Counted from the first letter of the stretch, positions 9,157 to 16,970 are shown. The stretch is 32,000 bases of DNA from Candidatus Saccharimonadota bacterium (GCA_022843095.1 JALHOH010000001.1:30001-62000), one strand, 5' to 3'. Translations and numbers: made by a program. Notes: generated by a model not told the origin, from the sequence alone.

Positions 9157-10569
9157 ATGCGCCGTTTGGATCTCACCTTTACCGCCCTCCTTGTCCCGCT
9201 CGATTTTCTTGCGCTCATCGGCGCCGCGGTCACCGGATATGCGCTCCGACTGTCTCCGGCATTTTTAGAAGCGCGTCCGTTGCTACAAGATATTCCCTCG
9301 GCGGGATATTTTGCCGCCGCCATCACATTTACCCTTGTCTGGATGGGACTATTTGCCGTCGCTGGTCTCTACTCCATCCGCCCGCGCACCGCTTGGAATG
9401 AATTTGGTCGCATCCTGCTTGCCACAACCGCAGGGATGATGATCCTCATCGCCACCGTCTTTTTTCGTCGTGAATTCACGACGTCACGGTTTCTTGTCTT
9501 GGCGTTCTGGATTTTGGCCATTGTGTTCGTCTCCGCGTTCCGACTGATTCTTCGCACCATCCGTCACCAATTACTGCACGCACGCATCGGCCACCAACGG
9601 TTGGCGATTATCGGACAAAATCAAACGGCATCCGATTTGGTGGAGGTGTACCGCGCGCGTCCGATCCTTGGATACACCGTCATCAAGCAGTACAAACAAT
9701 GGAATGCAACCACAAAACGTGACCTCGAAGCGCTGTGCCGACGAGGGGCGATCGATGGCGTCCTCTTAGCCGAACCAGATCTTCCCAAAGCGCAGGCACT
9801 CGAACTGATCGCCTACGCCGAACAAAACCATCTTTCCTTTCGCTACTTGGCCGATCTTTTTGCCGCGCGATTCACCAATATCGATGTGTCGACCAGCGAA
9901 GGCATCCCTGTCATCGAGGTCAAACGCACGCCACTCGACGGATGGGGTCGCATTTTTAAACGCGCCTTTGACGTGCTCGTCTCAGGGCTCCTGCTTCTTT
10001 TGCTCTCCCCGATTCTCCTGGTCACCGCGCTCGCCATCAAGCTGGATTCACGTGGCCCGGTGCTATTCCGCAAATTAGATGATGGCTCGCCTGCCATGCG
10101 CGTGGGCGAAGGAGGGATCCCATTCAAGTACTTCAAATTCCGCTCGATGCGACCCGGGACCCATGCGCTGCGGTACAAGGAACTGGCGCATCTGGACACA
10201 CGCAAAGGACCGCTCGTCAAAATCAAAGATGATCCTCGCATCACTCGCGTGGGTCAGGTGATTCGCAAGTGGTCCGTGGATGAACTTCCGGAACTCGCGC
10301 TCGTTTTTTTGGGTCGCATGAGCCTCGTCGGACCGCGTCCGCACCTGCCGGAAGAAGTGGCGAACTACGAACCGCACCAACGTCGCGTCCTTGCCATCAA
10401 GCCGGGCATCACGGGCATGGCGCAGATCTCCGGACGCAGCAATCTCTCCTTTAACGATGAGGTGAAACTCGATACCTGGTACATCGAAAACTGGTCGCCC
10501 ATGCTGGATTTGTACATCCTGCTCAAAACCCCGTTTGCCGTGCTCCAAAAACGAGAATCCGGAGACTAA
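9157..10569 (+). CDS. Polyprenyl-phosphate glycosyl-1-phosphate transferase (WbaP/WcaJ-type bacterial sugar transferase)
   Basis: N-terminal TM helices and a C-terminal sugar-transferase domain (RIFKRAFDVLVSGLLLLLLSPILL...KFRSM...DELPELALVFLGRMSLVGPRP). The start is set at ATG 9157; the ORF track uses TTG 9118. Confidence 0.9.
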   Translation: MRRLDLTFTALLVPLDFLALIGAAVTGYALRLSPAFLEARPLLQDIPSAGYFAAAITFTLVWMGLFAVAGLYSIRPRTAWNEFGRILLATTAGMMILIATVFFRREFTTSRFLVLAFWILAIVFVSAFRLILRTIRHQLLHARIGHQRLAIIGQNQTASDLVEVYRARPILGYTVIKQYKQWNATTKRDLEALCRRGAIDGVLLAEPDLPKAQALELIAYAEQNHLSFRYLADLFAARFTNIDVSTSEGIPVIEVKRTPLDGWGRIFKRAFDVLVSGLLLLLLSPILLVTALAIKLDSRGPVLFRKLDDGSPAMRVGEGGIPFKYFKFRSMRPGTHALRYKELAHLDTRKGPLVKIKDDPRITRVGQVIRKWSVDELPELALVFLGRMSLVGPRPHLPEEVANYEPHQRRVLAIKPGITGMAQISGRSNLSFNDEVKLDTWYIENWSPMLDLYILLKTPFAVLQKRESGD

Positions 10570-10593
10570 AAACACCCACAAGCAGGTGGGTGT
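10566..10593 (-). terminator. Hairpin terminator downstream of the HD hydrolase gene
   Basis: ACACCCAC-AAGCAG-GTGGGTGT. The minus-strand reading is followed by TTTTTA. It lies between convergent genes. Confidence 0.55.
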
Positions 10594-10597
10594 GCGC

Positions 10598-11200
10598 TCA
10601 AGAGCCCCTCATTCCCAAGCTGTCACGCAACGCACGGGAATAGTGCGGATTCTGCAACAGATCCGCGATCGGAACCACGTACTTCGCGGTATTTTCGCGA
10701 TAGGTTTGCTGCTTCTTTTCCGTCCATCCCTCCATCGTACGAAGGTTGTGTAGACGATCCGCGACCTTTACCACGCGTCCTTCATCCGGCAGTCGCAGGA
10801 TCGCATCGAAATAGGCGTCGTCGTCGACCTGCTGATACCCAGACACGAGTCCTGTGAGCGGATCTGCGACCGGGTGTTTTTTGGAGAGCGTCACAATCCA
10901 GGACCAAACGCACGCGCCGACAAGCGATACATACACGCTTTCCGGCACAAAGCCGTCCTCCACCGCGTCATGCAAGAGTGCGGCACACAACGTATCCGGG
11001 TGTTTCCACCCGTGCAAAAACACATCCCGCGCAACCGCGATCGGATGCGACACATACGGATCGCCATTCATCCGGCGCTGATGCGCATGCACGGTGTGAG
11101 CCAGCCAATACGCATGACGAATGCGCTGTTGATCCCCCACGCCAAGCGGCTGTCTAAGCACACAGTCAAAGAACCGGGTTGCCTCCTCGTTGACGAGCAT
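10598..11200 (-). CDS. Stand-alone RelA/SpoT-type HD hydrolase (small alarmone hydrolase-like)
   Basis: HAHQRRMNGDPYVSHPIAVARDV...AALLHDAVEDG is the (p)ppGpp-hydrolase HD signature. At 200 aa there is no synthetase domain. Confidence 0.8.
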   Translation of the reverse strand: MLVNEEATRFFDCVLRQPLGVGDQQRIRHAYWLAHTVHAHQRRMNGDPYVSHPIAVARDVFLHGWKHPDTLCAALLHDAVEDGFVPESVYVSLVGACVWSWIVTLSKKHPVADPLTGLVSGYQQVDDDAYFDAILRLPDEGRVVKVADRLHNLRTMEGWTEKKQQTYRENTAKYVVPIADLLQNPHYSRALRDSLGMRGS

Positions 11201-11305
11201 GGATCCATCCTTTCACGGTCATGACCTATCACGATCCTGACGGAAGGGTCAACCTCTTGACCCCCTCTCCCCAGACAAAAAACGCGCCTGCTACCCTAAA
11301 GCCAC

Positions 11306-12412
11306 ATGCGCGTCGCCATTGTCCATGATTACCTGATCCAAGACGGCGGCGCCGAACGCGTGGTGCTGGCCATGCATGAGCTCTGGCCGGATGCGCCGAT
11401 CTACACCCTGTTTCATGATCCGCGCACCACCCATCCCGGATTCAAACGCGCACACATCATCCCGTCTTCGCTGAATGCACTCCCCTGGGCGAAATCACAC
11501 TACGAATGGTATTTGCCGCTCATGCCGCAAGCCGTTGAACAGTGGGATTTCACGGGGTTTGACGTGGTCATCTCCAGCGCGTCCACCTTTACCAAGGGGA
11601 TTATCGTCCCACCCACGACACTCCACGTTTCGTACATTCATACGCCCACCCGTTTTTTATGGAACGAGCGCATCGGGTACGTCAGCGAGTTGCCTCGCAG
11701 CGGGTTCGTGAAGCGTATCCTTCCCTTCGCACTCCATCGTTTGCGGCAGTGGGATGTGCTCGCCGCCGCACGACCGGATCTCATCCTCACAAACAGCGCG
11801 ACCTCGGCCGCGCGCATCCGACGTTTTTATCGTCGTGATGCCACCGTGTTACACCCTCCCGTGGATACGGAGACCATCACGCCAAAGGGATTGCCCGGTG
11901 TGTTTTGGCTTGCCGGTGGACGACTCAAACCCTACAAACGATTTGATCTGCTCGTGGAGGCGTTTCGCGGCACCGATCTTCCGCTCGTCATTTTTGGCGA
12001 TGGACCGGAACGCGCACGGCTTCAAGCGCGCGCCACCTCCAATATCCGCTTTGTTGGCAACATCGACGACATCGCAAAAAGCGAATTATTCGCGCGTGCC
12101 ATCGGGTACCTGTTTCCGCAGATCGAAGATTTTGGCATCACCGCGGTCGAAGCGATGGCCGCCGGCAAACCCGTCATCGCATTTCGCGCAGGCGGGGCAG
12201 AAGAAACCATCAAGCATTTGGAAACCGGACTCTTTATCGACATGCAAACACCCGAAGCGTTTCGGGCGGCCGTACACCAATTTGATCCAACCCGGTTTTC
12301 CGCCAATACCATCCGCTCCCATGCAGAAACCTTTAGCAAAGCGCGCTTCCACGAGGCGCTCCGCACTCAGGTCGAAGCGGCTTGGAAACAATTTGTATGC
12401 ACTGGATCCTAG
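11306..12412 (+). CDS. GT4-family glycosyltransferase
   Basis: MRVAIVHDYLIQDGGAERV..., and the C-terminal EDFGITAVEAMAAGKPVIAFRAGGAEETI (E-x7-E region). Confidence 0.9.
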   Translation: MRVAIVHDYLIQDGGAERVVLAMHELWPDAPIYTLFHDPRTTHPGFKRAHIIPSSLNALPWAKSHYEWYLPLMPQAVEQWDFTGFDVVISSASTFTKGIIVPPTTLHVSYIHTPTRFLWNERIGYVSELPRSGFVKRILPFALHRLRQWDVLAAARPDLILTNSATSAARIRRFYRRDATVLHPPVDTETITPKGLPGVFWLAGGRLKPYKRFDLLVEAFRGTDLPLVIFGDGPERARLQARATSNIRFVGNIDDIAKSELFARAIGYLFPQIEDFGITAVEAMAAGKPVIAFRAGGAEETIKHLETGLFIDMQTPEAFRAAVHQFDPTRFSANTIRSHAETFSKARFHEALRTQVEAAWKQFVCTGS

Positions 12413-13470
12413 ACGCGCGTCCCCTGCTTGATCCGGCAGGCGGAGGGATTCCTCGTGTTGCGCGGGGTATCCTTCCTGCCCTTGCGCAGACGCTCCACGC
12501 ACGTGGCCACCGCGCCACACTTCTTGGAACCGGATTTCGCCGACCAACACATCCCCTTTTGCAAACGGTTCCGTATCAGCATCTCCGCATCCCAAATATC
12601 CTGCATTCTTTAAGCCTCGCCTGCGGGATCACGGCCTACGGCGATTGGCCACGCGCTTCAACACCTGATGCGCTCTTTTTTCCAAACCTAGGATTCATGG
12701 GACAACCTCGCGTCCCATACGCCGTCCTGGTGCACGATCTCTCGTTCCTGATCGAACCTCGCTGGTTTTCACAAAAATCACGTCTGTGGCATTGGGCGAT
12801 CCGGGCCACAAGGCAATTACAAAATGCGACCTGGCTCTTTGCCGTTTCTGAACATACCAAACGCGATCTTGAGCGCCTCCTTGGAATCCCGGAGACACGC
12901 ATCCACGTCATTCCCCTCGGCATTGATCCCCTTTCAACCGAACCCGCGCCACTCCCCGCAGCCGTGCAAGGAAAACGGTTTCTCCTTGCGTTAGGAGCTC
13001 ACGATCCGCGCAAAAACGCGCGCTGTGCAGTGACGGCGTGGCGCGAACTGTGTCGGGATCCGCGCGTTGCCGACGTGGAACTCGTCCTATGCGGTAGCAC
13101 AAACGCGCTCCCTCGGGAGTTGTGCGAGTCCGGGGCGCGCCACCCGCTCTACCTCGCGCGTCCATCCGATGCGCAGCTTGCAACCCTCTACCAAAACGCA
13201 TCCGCATTCCTCTATCCAAGTTGGTACGAAGGATTTGGGATTCCGCTCCATGAAGCGGCGCAAGCTGGAACGCCGTGCCTTGCAAGCGACACAGGAGCAC
13301 TCCCGGAGACAGCCCCAACGGGAACACGTTTCGCCCCTCCGATGAAACCGCATCTCTGGCGGGCACTTTTAGAGGACGTTCTGTTGCGTCCAAACCTTCA
13401 TGCAACGCGGTCAGAAACACGGGGATGGAATGCGGCGGCCGAAACGATTGCGAATGTATTTCTAAAATAA
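12397..13470 (+). CDS. GT4-family glycosyltransferase
   Basis: YPSWYEGFGIPLHEAAQAGTPCLASDTGALPE. ATG 12397 overlaps the upstream GT by 16 nt; the ORF track uses TTG 12382. Confidence 0.85.
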   Translation: MHWILDARPLLDPAGGGIPRVARGILPALAQTLHARGHRATLLGTGFRRPTHPLLQTVPYQHLRIPNILHSLSLACGITAYGDWPRASTPDALFFPNLGFMGQPRVPYAVLVHDLSFLIEPRWFSQKSRLWHWAIRATRQLQNATWLFAVSEHTKRDLERLLGIPETRIHVIPLGIDPLSTEPAPLPAAVQGKRFLLALGAHDPRKNARCAVTAWRELCRDPRVADVELVLCGSTNALPRELCESGARHPLYLARPSDAQLATLYQNASAFLYPSWYEGFGIPLHEAAQAGTPCLASDTGALPETAPTGTRFAPPMKPHLWRALLEDVLLRPNLHATRSETRGWNAAAETIANVFLK

Positions 13471-13498
13471 AACACCCCGGCCCAGAAGTGGGACGGGG
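13464..13498 (-). terminator. Hairpin terminator of the 663-aa gene
   Basis: Minus-strand reading is CCCCGTCCCA-CTTC-TGGGCCGGGG (one mismatch) followed by TGTTTTATTTT. The T-tract overlaps the stop codon of the convergent GT gene. Confidence 0.55.
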
Positions 13499-13516
13499 CG
13501 CGCAACGCGAACGTTG

Positions 13517-15508
13517 CTAGTTGATCTTGTCGCCTGGTTTCGGCGGTTGCGGAGACGTCTCCGCGTGCCCGTTCACGCCGTTCAGCTTGGACGGACGCTC
13601 TTCGATGAGCGAAGGTTCGGGGAACACGGTCTTCGCACGACCGAGCTCCTCCAGCTCTTCGCCGCGGGCCTGCTCCGCCTGGAGGCGAAGCATGCGCTGC
13701 ATGAGCGGAATGCGCGGATCCGGAAAATGGCGAGGCCACTCCGGAACCGGCATCGATCCGTCTTCGAGCGCGCGTTCCAGCGCGTCGATTTCGCCGAGGA
13801 GCGGCTCGTGCACCGCAGACCATTGAGCGAGACGCAGGCGACGGATGTCCTCCGGCGCCTTCTTGTCCGCCGCGAGCCGCGCGGCGTGCGCGTCGGTTGC
13901 GGCGAGCACCTTGGACAGCTGCTGCCGCGCCTCCAGGAGGCGCGAACGCGCATGCGTGAGCCGCTCGAGCTCCGGCTGCGGGTCGATCCACCCGTACTCG
14001 CGGGCGAGATCCTCGCGCATCCGATTCCACGGCTGAAACTTCGGATCTCGTGGATCCTGCGAGTTGTTCAGCTCTGCGGGCCACGAAGGCACGGGCGCTC
14101 CACGCAGACGGAGCCGCTCGGCCGTTGCGGCCAGCTCGTGGATCTTTGGTTGGACGAACGAGCGGAACTCGTCGCGCAACGCCGAGATCACCGCATCGAA
14201 GCCGAGGTGACGATTGGTCCCCTCGACCTTCTTTTGCGAGGTCATGTGGGCCACTCCCTCGAAGGTCAGAAGCGCCTGCGCCACGTCGCGTGCCTTGGCG
14301 TAGAACGCCTCAGTCATGCGGACGACCTCGGGATCGCTCCCGTGAGCCTTCAGATCCTGAAAGCCCATGTTCTGGACGACCTCCACCGCTTCAGGGTTAC
14401 CCGCCGCCGCCTGGGACGCGAGGGAGAAGTACTCCTTCGCATCCTTCGACTGCGTGAGCTTGAGCCCGAGCACAAGGAAGCCGATCGCCATCATGACGAT
14501 GCGACACGCCCAGGTGATGGCATTGGTCGTACCATCTTCCTTGCGCAGAGCCTCGAGGGTCCTGTACCGCGCAAGAAATCCGCGCGGCTCCTGCCACTCA
14601 CCGCCATACAGCGCAGCAAGCGTGGCCGGAGGAAGGAGACGTACACGCGCAAGCGCAGCATCGCGCTCGTGTTCGAGTCCGCGGACCGCGCTGCGACCAT
14701 TGGTCGCTGCCGTCCCCGTAAGCCGCTCGGTTTCCCGATCGAACTCGCGAAGGACATTCGCAGCCTGGATCTCGAACGCATCCAGCGCATTTTGCGCCAC
14801 CGCGATCTGTGCGGTAAGCGCGGTGTACACGTTCCCCGCCCCGCGCCGTCCCGAAGGACCGGCGCCCGCGGCTTCACGTGTTGCGCTCTCGCGCGCCGTT
14901 TGAACGGCACGGGTCAGCGTCTCGCGTTGGGCACGCTGCCCAGCGACCAGCTGTTCACGCTGACGATCGCGCGTCCCATGAGAACGCGCCGTGTCTCCCC
15001 CCGATTCCTGAATCGCGCGCGCAATGCGCTCGTTCCAGACGCGCGCCTCACGCTCGACAGCGTCGTGGCGGATCTGATCCACCGCGACCTTCTCGCGCGA
15101 CTCGATGCGTCGATCGATCTCGGGTGCGAACACCGCGAGCTCGGTCGGCACCGCGGTCACCGCGGAGAGCGCGAGGAGGATTCCTGCGCGGAGGATAAGT
15201 CCGCGCCAGAGCCCTGCCCCGTTCTTCGTGTCCATCACCACGACCGAACGGTCGTAGGCGAGGACGAGCGCCGCAAAGGCGAACCCGAGCGGGATCGCCT
15301 GCGACCACGACCCGAGTGCGAGGTGCCACGTCCGGCACCAGACCCAGAGGTCGATGAAGAACTGAAGCCCGAGCGCAAGGCCGAGAAACCCAACCTCGCG
15401 AACGACCTTCTGGGTCCGGAGCGTCGCTCCATAGACCCAGAGCCCCAGCAGATCCCCCAGGACAACCCCGGGGTGGCGGCGCATGACGCCCATGTTTTCC
15501 GTGCTCAT
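13517..15508 (-). CDS. Membrane/coiled-coil protein: DUF4407-like N-terminal half plus an unrecognised ~310-aa C-terminal extension
   Basis: Four N-terminal TM helices carry YDRSVVV and AVPTELAVFAPEI motifs. They are followed by a ~200-aa R/E/A/Q-rich coiled coil, a fifth TM (ITWACRIVMMAIGFLVLGL) and a soluble tail. GAAAGG lies 5 nt upstream of the ATG. The fully open antisense frame (13514..15541) is R/L-rich and judged an artefact. Confidence 0.8.
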   Translation of the reverse strand: MSTENMGVMRRHPGVVLGDLLGLWVYGATLRTQKVVREVGFLGLALGLQFFIDLWVWCRTWHLALGSWSQAIPLGFAFAALVLAYDRSVVVMDTKNGAGLWRGLILRAGILLALSAVTAVPTELAVFAPEIDRRIESREKVAVDQIRHDAVEREARVWNERIARAIQESGGDTARSHGTRDRQREQLVAGQRAQRETLTRAVQTARESATREAAGAGPSGRRGAGNVYTALTAQIAVAQNALDAFEIQAANVLREFDRETERLTGTAATNGRSAVRGLEHERDAALARVRLLPPATLAALYGGEWQEPRGFLARYRTLEALRKEDGTTNAITWACRIVMMAIGFLVLGLKLTQSKDAKEYFSLASQAAAGNPEAVEVVQNMGFQDLKAHGSDPEVVRMTEAFYAKARDVAQALLTFEGVAHMTSQKKVEGTNRHLGFDAVISALRDEFRSFVQPKIHELAATAERLRLRGAPVPSWPAELNNSQDPRDPKFQPWNRMREDLAREYGWIDPQPELERLTHARSRLLEARQQLSKVLAATDAHAARLAADKKAPEDIRRLRLAQWSAVHEPLLGEIDALERALEDGSMPVPEWPRHFPDPRIPLMQRMLRLQAEQARGEELEELGRAKTVFPEPSLIEERPSKLNGVNGHAETSPQPPKPGDKIN

Positions 15509-15583
15509 TCGAACCTTTCCGCGGCTATTTGCCGCTTATAAAAAGAACTGGATCACCCGCCAAACGTGGCAAGATGAACCGGT

Positions 15584-15612
15584 GTTTTTACCAGAAAATA
15601 GCCATTTTGTCA
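15584..15612 (-). promoter_or_regulatory. Candidate sigma70-type promoter for the 663-aa gene
   Basis: Minus-strand reading is TTGACA (15612-15607), a 17-nt spacer, then TAAAAA (15589-15584). It sits ~75 nt upstream of the ATG in an AT-richer 200-bp spacer. Confidence 0.45.
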
Positions 15613-15709
15613 ATCCCCCGAGCGCCATATTCGCTGCAACTAGAAGAGAACGGTTATTATGCAAAAACAGACCCAATACTGGATCCGTTTTCTCTATGCC
15701 TATGGAGTC

Positions 15710-16495
15710 CTATTCTTTCTCCTCTGTGGGTTCTTCCGGCTTCTCCTCTTCTTCCGCGACAAACCGCACCGGCAAGTCCTCCGCACCCACCAACGCGTCG
15801 TCGGTACTAGGGATCGCAGCCTCTTCGGCGGCGTAGCGCACCTCTTGATCCAACACCTCAAGCGCAATCGTCTCCCCTCCAAACAACACCTTGTCTTCGT
15901 ACATCTCCAATTTTTCTAGCAGTGTACTTGCCTGCTTTGGGGAACGTCCGGCGATCTGCTTCAGCATTTGCCAGCGCTTCTTCATCCCCTCCAATTCGGT
16001 TTGCGCATCCTCGACAAGTTTCTGGAGGGACGTTTGATGCGACTGCCAATACCGCAACCGAATTTCCGGACGCAACGCCTCAAGCTCCATCTCCTCTTGA
16101 TCGTGGATGGCATACGACGCGTCAGAAGATCCAAGCACCTCATCCAAAGACTTGCACTCGATGTTTTTGCACAGTCGTTCCAACAGCACGCGCGTGGTTG
16201 GCCGCACGGATTCCAACACTTTTTTCCACTCGTCTTTGGCGCCAACGGTCTGAAAAAACTGCATCGTCGCGCGACGCGCCGGATACGTTGCCATCGCCAA
16301 ATTCTTGGCCACCTCGGCCAGCCGTTCGGTGGTCACATGTTCCCCCGCCTCCAAATCCTCAATCGCCTGAAGATACGGCGCGCGGTCGGATTCCGGGAGA
16401 TACTCCACCACCTCTGTCATAAAATCCGCGACGGCAAAGGCATCGCGACGATCGACGTACCGAATGGGCATACGCCTACAGGATACCAGCGCCAT
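15710..16495 (-). CDS. Hypothetical acidic, predicted all-helical protein with a poly-Glu tail
   Basis: Long ORF with backbone-like codon usage and C-terminal tail FVAEEEEKPEEPTEEKE. I recognise no motif. An alternative start is ATG 16471 (MPIRYVD...). Confidence 0.7.
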   Translation of the reverse strand: MALVSCRRMPIRYVDRRDAFAVADFMTEVVEYLPESDRAPYLQAIEDLEAGEHVTTERLAEVAKNLAMATYPARRATMQFFQTVGAKDEWKKVLESVRPTTRVLLERLCKNIECKSLDEVLGSSDASYAIHDQEEMELEALRPEIRLRYWQSHQTSLQKLVEDAQTELEGMKKRWQMLKQIAGRSPKQASTLLEKLEMYEDKVLFGGETIALEVLDQEVRYAAEEAAIPSTDDALVGAEDLPVRFVAEEEEKPEEPTEEKE

Positions 16496-16542
16496 TGACC
16501 GACGACCAGAATGGCGGTATTCGTGTGTCGGAGGGAAGGTGG

Positions 16543-16794
16543 ATGAAACCGGAAACGCCGAAACGGCAACCTTACGGAAATGAGGGCATTTTCAAAAATA
16601 CCCCTATCCAGATCTGGCCAACGCTCTTTCAATCGCTCATCAAGAAGCAATTGCAAGCCCCCGTACCAACGCGGGAACTCTTTCTCTACATTTTGTCACG
16701 CGATCGCTCGTGCATGGACGCACTTACCAAACTGTATCCCGACCACGCCGGGGTGATCCGTGAAATCTTGAATCCGCCACCACCCGAACCTTAG
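16543..16794 (+). CDS. Hypothetical small protein (83 aa)
   Basis: ATG 16543 is preceded by GGAGGGAAGGTGG. A strong intrinsic terminator follows 9 nt after the stop. There is no recognisable motif. Confidence 0.5.
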   Translation: MKPETPKRQPYGNEGIFKNTPIQIWPTLFQSLIKKQLQAPVPTRELFLYILSRDRSCMDALTKLYPDHAGVIREILNPPPPEP

Positions 16795-16802
16795 GGGTCA
16801 CT

Positions 16803-16830
16803 GACAGGTTTTCAGACCTGTCGTTTTTTT
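16803..16830 (+). terminator. Rho-independent terminator
   Basis: GACAGGT-TTTCAG-ACCTGTC followed by G plus seven T. Confidence 0.7.
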
Positions 16831-16840
16831 ATCCGCTGGA
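16831..16840 (+). repeat. 10-bp direct repeat copy 1 (ATCCGCTGGA)
   Basis: Exact copy abutting the -35 hexamer of the rpsA promoter candidate. Confidence 0.6.
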
Positions 16841-16869
16841 TTGACAGAACCGCATTCAATCCCTATCGT
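16841..16869 (+). promoter_or_regulatory. Candidate sigma70-type promoter for rpsA
   Basis: TTGACA (16841-16846), a 17-nt spacer, then TATCGT (16864-16869). Confidence 0.5.
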
Positions 16870-16893
16870 TTGACCACCTCTTTCTAAAAGAGC

Positions 16894-16903
16894 ATCCGCT
16901 GGA
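16894..16903 (+). repeat. 10-bp direct repeat copy 2 (ATCCGCTGGA)
   Basis: Exact second copy 63 bp downstream of copy 1, within the rpsA leader. Confidence 0.6.
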
Positions 16904-16970
16904 CCGTGGAATTTACCACCGGCAACGGGGCCCTGGTACGCAAACTCCGGGGTTTATAGACAAAAAAACA

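Noticed and set aside
13514-15541. A 675-aa ORF fully open on the + strand, antisense to the 663-aa gene
   Set aside because: Its product is a monotonous R/L/H/P-rich sequence with no helices or motifs, as expected from the antisense frame of a GC3-rich E/A/Q-rich gene. The minus-strand product has coherent TM helices, a coiled coil, an SD, a promoter and a terminator.
13517-15650. A 7-bp inverted match (CTAGTTG / CAACTAG) on either side of the 663-aa gene, considered as possible insertion termini
   Set aside because: A 7-mer match between two ~100-200 bp flanks is expected by chance. No longer terminal inverted repeat or target-site duplication is visible.
15659-15919. An 86-aa + strand ORF with a hydrophobic stretch (FLYAYGVLFFLLCGFFRLLLFF) in the spacer
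   Set aside because: The hydrophobic run is simply the antisense reading of the poly-Glu/Lys tail codons of the 261-aa gene. It has no SD, and most of it overlaps that gene.
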